Below are positions 58,670-64,000 of a stretch of 64,000 bases of DNA, piece after piece. The translations under genes were made by a program, and so were the position numbers. Where the stretch lies: assembly GCA_951406725.2 (NCBI GenBank), contig OX597820.1, forward strand, positions 102,672,001 through 102,736,000. The letters run 5' to 3'. How positions within the stretch are numbered: the first letter of the stretch is position 1; each line of letters opens with the position of its first letter. The notes under the pieces are model-generated. The model did no database searches and was not told the origin of the DNA. It saw only the letters and a program-made list of their open reading frames with translations. This DNA is from Octopus vulgaris (lineage: Eukaryota).

Positions 58670-58817
58670 CTCACTCTGTTTATTTTCTCGTGTTCCTTTC
58701 TGTTGAAGAGAATAGCCTCGAAAGGTAAAAGACTTTCTCACTTTCCCGAGCGTTAAACTAATACTCCTGTTTGTGGTTCATACAACTGTCTCCGTCTTAT
58801 TTTCCTGTAAATTACGA

Positions 58818-58820
<3 letters not shown>
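58670..58820 (+). mobile_element. Repeat family C with variant HHR (58696-58732)
   Basis: cttt-CTGTTGA-agag..ctc-GAAA-g-GTA-aaag. Confidence 0.65.
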
Positions 58821-58856
<36 letters not shown>

Positions 58857-59881
58857 AGTATGTATGTATGTAAGTATGTATGTTTGTATGTATGTATGTA
58901 TGCATGTGTGTGTGTATACATAGGTTATGTATGTGCTTTCATGAGAGAAGAAAAGAATAAGGCACCTAAAGACAATTGAAAACGAGAATGTTAAGAAAAA
59001 GAAAATGCAATATAAATTATATCGTAAAATAACAAGTTGTGTCTGATAGAGGTATATTACCCCAACAATAATTCATCTATAAATTATATGAATTATAGAA
59101 ATCTATTTAAATGCTGTCTTTTGGTAATACAATGCTTTGGTATTTCTATTCTTTCACGTGAAGGTCGCTCATTGATTATAGATGCAGTGTCTGATGACTT
59201 TTAATACAGAAGGCTATATCTTTAAATAATGAAAGGACATTATTAGCGAATGTTTTTTAAAAAAAATTATTTTAATTGCTATGTTGTCTCAAATAGCCTT
59301 CTGGCTAATATCGATTAGTCAATTGAACAATTTATAATACTTTGATTATCAAAATTATTTAAATTTATTTTGAATATTCTTTTTCTTTTTATCATTTACT
59401 ATGTATTTTGAATTATGTATTTTAATACACATTCATTCATTGAAACAGAATTTGGTTGACGCTCTAGAAAATACGGAGTGAATTTTCAATTTGATGCGCC
59501 GTTTTTCTTATTACTTAGATTTTATGAAGTATGAGTAGATCTAATACTTTCTTATGAGTATGCTTGTAAAAGGAACTAATATATGTATCTTCAGTTGAAA
59601 AGCTGACATTTGTCCATGTGTCTTTAGCGATTATTCCTCCACGATATATTTATAGAAATAAAAGTGATCTTAGTCACGTCGGTAACGGCAAAGTACTTAT
59701 GAGAAAATCATGTCTGAAGAAAATGTAATGATAAAATGTCAGAACATTTACTTGTGTGTGTAGATTTATAGTGGAAACCTAAAATTGGCTTAGAGAGATT
59801 ATAACTATAAACTGGAAATATAGCTGAAGGAGTTTGGTCTTCTTTTGATTGTCTATATAGAATGTACACACACACACACAC

Positions 59882-59944
<63 letters not shown>

Positions 59945-59945
59945 A

Positions 59946-59979
<34 letters not shown>

Positions 59980-60390
59980 GCATACACATATGTATATGTA
60001 TGTGTGTATATCACCGTGATCACCGTGACCGACCAGGCTATCAGATGTTGCTACACATCGCTGGTCACAATGCACTTCGCATTGTTTTAGCCTTCAAATG
60101 ACGCCACCCGGCTGGCTAAGCGAGCAGGCCAATGTATATATATATATATATTTAATACACACACACACACACACACCAAACACACACACGGATGGGAAAA
60201 CCTTCTTTTTCCTGTCGTAGCCTTATATGCCCCTTTGGTAGACTATTTTCATTAGGCATTGCAACGTGATCGCCTTAAGCTTTAAGCTTATATAAATACC
60301 ATTATTATTATTTACAGGATTGTTAAACACGGTGGCGTATATTAAAAATATTGTCATATATATATATGTATGTATGTATATATATATATA

Positions 60391-60666
60391 TATTGTGGTA
60401 TTTTGGAATGGTCATGTTGCCAGTTTAGTCAATAAAAACACATGCTCTATACATTTGGTGTTAATTTGCTTCAGCTTTGTTTATTTTTTACATGAATCTT
60501 AATCTTATTTCGGCCAGATTCTTTCGTCATACTTCTGTGACCTCACCAGTGGTCCTTTGCTTTCTTCTTTCATATTTGTGTATCTCTCCTTACTAACACC
60601 AAATATATAGTGCGTGTGTTTTATTGACTAAACTGGCAACATGATCATTCCTAAATACAACAATAT
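60391..60666. mobile_element. Fold-back PLE-terminus element (arms 60391-60463 and 60593-60666; HHR-like 60512-60553 on minus)
   Basis: ~73-bp inverted repeat; homologous to 15770-15990. Confidence 0.7.
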
Positions 60667-60703
60667 CTATTTCAACACACGATTTCACATAAAGAATCTT
60701 GCT

Positions 60704-60736
<33 letters not shown>

Positions 60737-61337
60737 ATCAATATATATATAAATAGATGTGTGTATTTTTCTCTTGTTAACAATTAACACGGAAAAATAG
60801 ATAAATAGTTACCAGGGTAGCAACATATCACACAAATAAAGATGTTGTAACTGCTTGATTTTAAACGTAGAAACTCCGGGTTTACGTGAAATATTTTGCA
60901 TAATATATATAAATAAATAAATGGAGATAAACACAGGTGTTATTAATCTTGAACTATTTTTTATTCTTTTTATAAAATCCTCTTGTAAACACGGTTATAG
61001 AGAGTGCATACCGATGTAAACATTGGCAGAAACACACCTTTAGTTTATATAAGTGATATCTATCATTATATATAATTTAAACAAATTTTCTTCTTACATT
61101 TCACATTCACTAGATATATCTTTTTCCAAGACTATAGCGTTTTATTTAATTTACGTATTGTTATATAATTTTCATTCATTTCGTTTTTTCTTTCCTTTAC
61201 CCCTCCTCTTTCTATATGCTACCTTTGACGTTATAACCTCTAACTTTTTTTAACAAACTTAATAACGTTCAGTTAATCGCTATTTATATCCATCATATTC
61301 TATTAAAATGTCTTATTGACGAGTTTCATTTCTTCAT

Positions 61338-61422
61338 TTCCCTGAAGAGAAGATTACATTGTTTTACACCTTTTTATTCCGTTGGAATAATACCAGTGAT
61401 ATCTTCGAAACATGTGTCGGAA
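61338..61422 (+). ncRNA. Intact type-I hammerhead ribozyme
   Basis: ttcc-CTGAAGA-gaagat...atcttc-GAAAC-atgt-GTC-ggaa; site after C61418. Confidence 0.85.
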
Positions 61423-61455
61423 GTTAAAGAATTTTAATAACTCCTGGATTTAACT

Positions 61456-61504
<49 letters not shown>

Positions 61505-61511
61505 TAGATAA

Positions 61512-61549
<38 letters not shown>

Positions 61550-61693
61550 GATAACTTTTATATATATATATATATTATATATATATAGAGAGAGAGAGAG
61601 AGATAACTTGTATATATATATATATATATATAGATAACTTGGGCAGTCATCTAAAAGTTTTTGTTCATCTTGATGCTGACATAAGTTCCTTGT

Positions 61694-61776
61694 TTTTCCT
61701 GATGAGAAGGCGGCATAATGCACCCCTTATTCCTTCGAAATTAGGAATATGCAGCCTTCGAAACATATGTCGAGAA
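61694..61776 (+). ncRNA. Intact type-I hammerhead ribozyme
   Basis: ttttc-CTGATGA-gaaggc-g-gcata...tatgc-a-gccttc-GAAAC-atat-GTC-gagaa; palindrome ACATATGT; site after C61771. Confidence 0.88.
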
Positions 61777-61824
61777 TAAAGGAATTTTGTTAATTCGTCG
61801 TTCAACTCCATTCTTTCATTTATT

Positions 61825-61919
<95 letters not shown>

Positions 61920-63763
61920 CATACTTACTGCCGGACAAAGTTCATTGCACAGTTAAGTTTGAAATTTGATCCTCCACATTTAATGTTCAAATCAGACCGA
62001 TGCCAAAATATTATATAAATCTTACAAATCGATTAAAATTTAGTGCCAGTAATAAACTAGTGTTAATCTTGGCCAAAATTGTACAAGAATTATGATACTT
62101 TTATCAAATGATTTCACGTATTGAGATTGTTCCTTTTCCAAAACCCATGAACAGTTGACGAATATTTAGAACAAAAACAAATCGATGTTAAGAATTTTAT
62201 TTACCCACAATTATTCAAGAAGAAAAAATTAGAAAACACATTAGATTACGATACGTAGTTCTTCAAAAGTGATTAGCGACAAGCGTTATAGAGTATCCAT
62301 CAGTATTTTAGAGATTGTACATACAGTAAAGTGTATAAAATAAGGACGTCAGGAAATTTGCCGCATACTTCTTAAGTTTTGTAAATGCACCTAAAATAAA
62401 AACTTTGCCTGTTTCAGATAAAGCAAAAGTTACAAAATGTTCATCTGCCCTAATTTCTCACAGCGTATTAGGCTTAAATTTTCCAGCTAAAAATACGATA
62501 AAACATTCATAAAACTCTCTCAGTAGCTTCTTAATTACATATCGTTTATTGTATTTCATAGCATTCGTTATTTCTTGGTAGCAAAACTTTATTATGTCTG
62601 TCAATAATACTTACTGCCTATAATATATATTACGAACAGCCTCTGCTAATCAGTATTAGGACATGTAAGTAGAATGGTGGATAAGGCGGGGAAGAGAAAA
62701 ATCCAATTATATGGACATATTGTTTGACTATATTTCTTTCTTTCAAACTGCCAAAGAAACACATATATTCTTTTCACATGTATCACTAACATTGCTTAAT
62801 TTCGTTACTACAAGGATAGAATTCACTTTCTTTTGTACAAAAGTTGATATATTATCAGGAAATGACAAGTATTTATGAATAAACGCATGTAAATAAACGT
62901 GGAGTTATATAAGCATATACACTGTATGTATATATGTATATATAGATATGTGTGTGCAGGTATAAAGATATATGTATTTATGTATATATATGTGTGTGTG
63001 TGTGTGTACGTATATATACATGTGTGTGATAAGGATATGTCTGTTTACTTCATTTTGTGAGTTTATCTCACCATGGAAAGGTGTTTTTGCTTGTTCCCCG
63101 CTTCGCGTCAGTTCATGAGGCTAGTGCTCTCTATGGCTATTTTGAGTCGTTTTGACTCTTATTTCTAGCAATTGCCGAATCTAATTTGCATCCTTGTTTA
63201 TTAACTTGCGTTTAGGTTTTAATTACTAAAGTGCCACCTATATTATATATGTAGTATATATCTAATATATTAATACATTATATCTTATTGTATGTATAGT
63301 TACTACCCCAAACACACAACACCTACGCATACACACACACTGCAAACAAAACACACACACTATATATATATATACACATACACACATATTTCAAACTACC
63401 AGTACCTTCTACTGACCATTCTCCTTCGCACATGTGTAGGTAGACACACAACAAGATCCACTACTACCAAAATTACTATAAATTCCTGCTATGACCTTAA
63501 ATGATACTAAGCCCAACCACACACATAGATAAACAACCACAAACCACCCGCGACACACACAGACACACAGACACACGTGCTATCATTACACACACACATA
63601 CCCACACACATATACACACATATCTCCTCTTGCACTCTCCTGTCTTTGAAAGAACTTTTTCTTCACCCATTCCCTTCCCGCCATTTCAATATGCGACCGC
63701 GTGTGTATCGTTGACGATTTTCTGTCTCCGTCTTCCATTTCTTGGACGTTTCCTTTTGCTATG

Positions 63764-63796
63764 TTTCTGACGAAGAGCCCCGCTCGAAACGTTAAA
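63764..63796 (+). ncRNA. Ultra-minimal hammerhead in a short PLE-terminus repeat (~63690-63880)
   Basis: ttt-CTGACGA-a-gagc(ccc)gctc-GAAAC-GTT-aaa; palindromic ACGT stem III. Confidence 0.7.
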
Positions 63797-63926
63797 TCCT
63801 CGAGAATCCAATAGCACTATACTTGTTCCACGTACTCGCAATATTGTGTGTGTTTTCACTTTGTTCATGTTTGGATTATATACATACATACATACATACA
63901 TACACACACACATGCACACACACATA

Positions 63927-63994
<68 letters not shown>

Positions 63995-64000
63995 TACACA

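Overview
AT-rich, microsatellite-dense eukaryotic intergenic or intronic DNA. The SINE and repeat families resemble those of Octopus (inference). No host protein-coding gene can be supported, and almost all listed ORFs are translations of (TA)n/(CA)n/(TATG)n repeats. The window is a patchwork of transposon relics: mariner and Tc1/maT, pogo/Tigger, a Helitron with a Pif1 helicase fragment, RTE-LINE ends, tRNA-SINEs and two Penelope-like elements (PLEs). Read by eye, it also holds about 20 intact or decayed minimal type-I hammerhead ribozyme (HHR) motifs, many inside fold-back elements inserted in (TA)n. The largest is a ~7 kb Naiad-like PLE (35637-42636). It has two near-identical ~2.4 kb inverted arms, each ending in an outward-pointing intact HHR, around an RT-thumb/GIY-YIG coding core. 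Two intact tandem HHRs whose cleavage sites lie 353 nt apart (61338-61776) look retrozyme-like. All folds and alignments were done manually and need computational confirmation.
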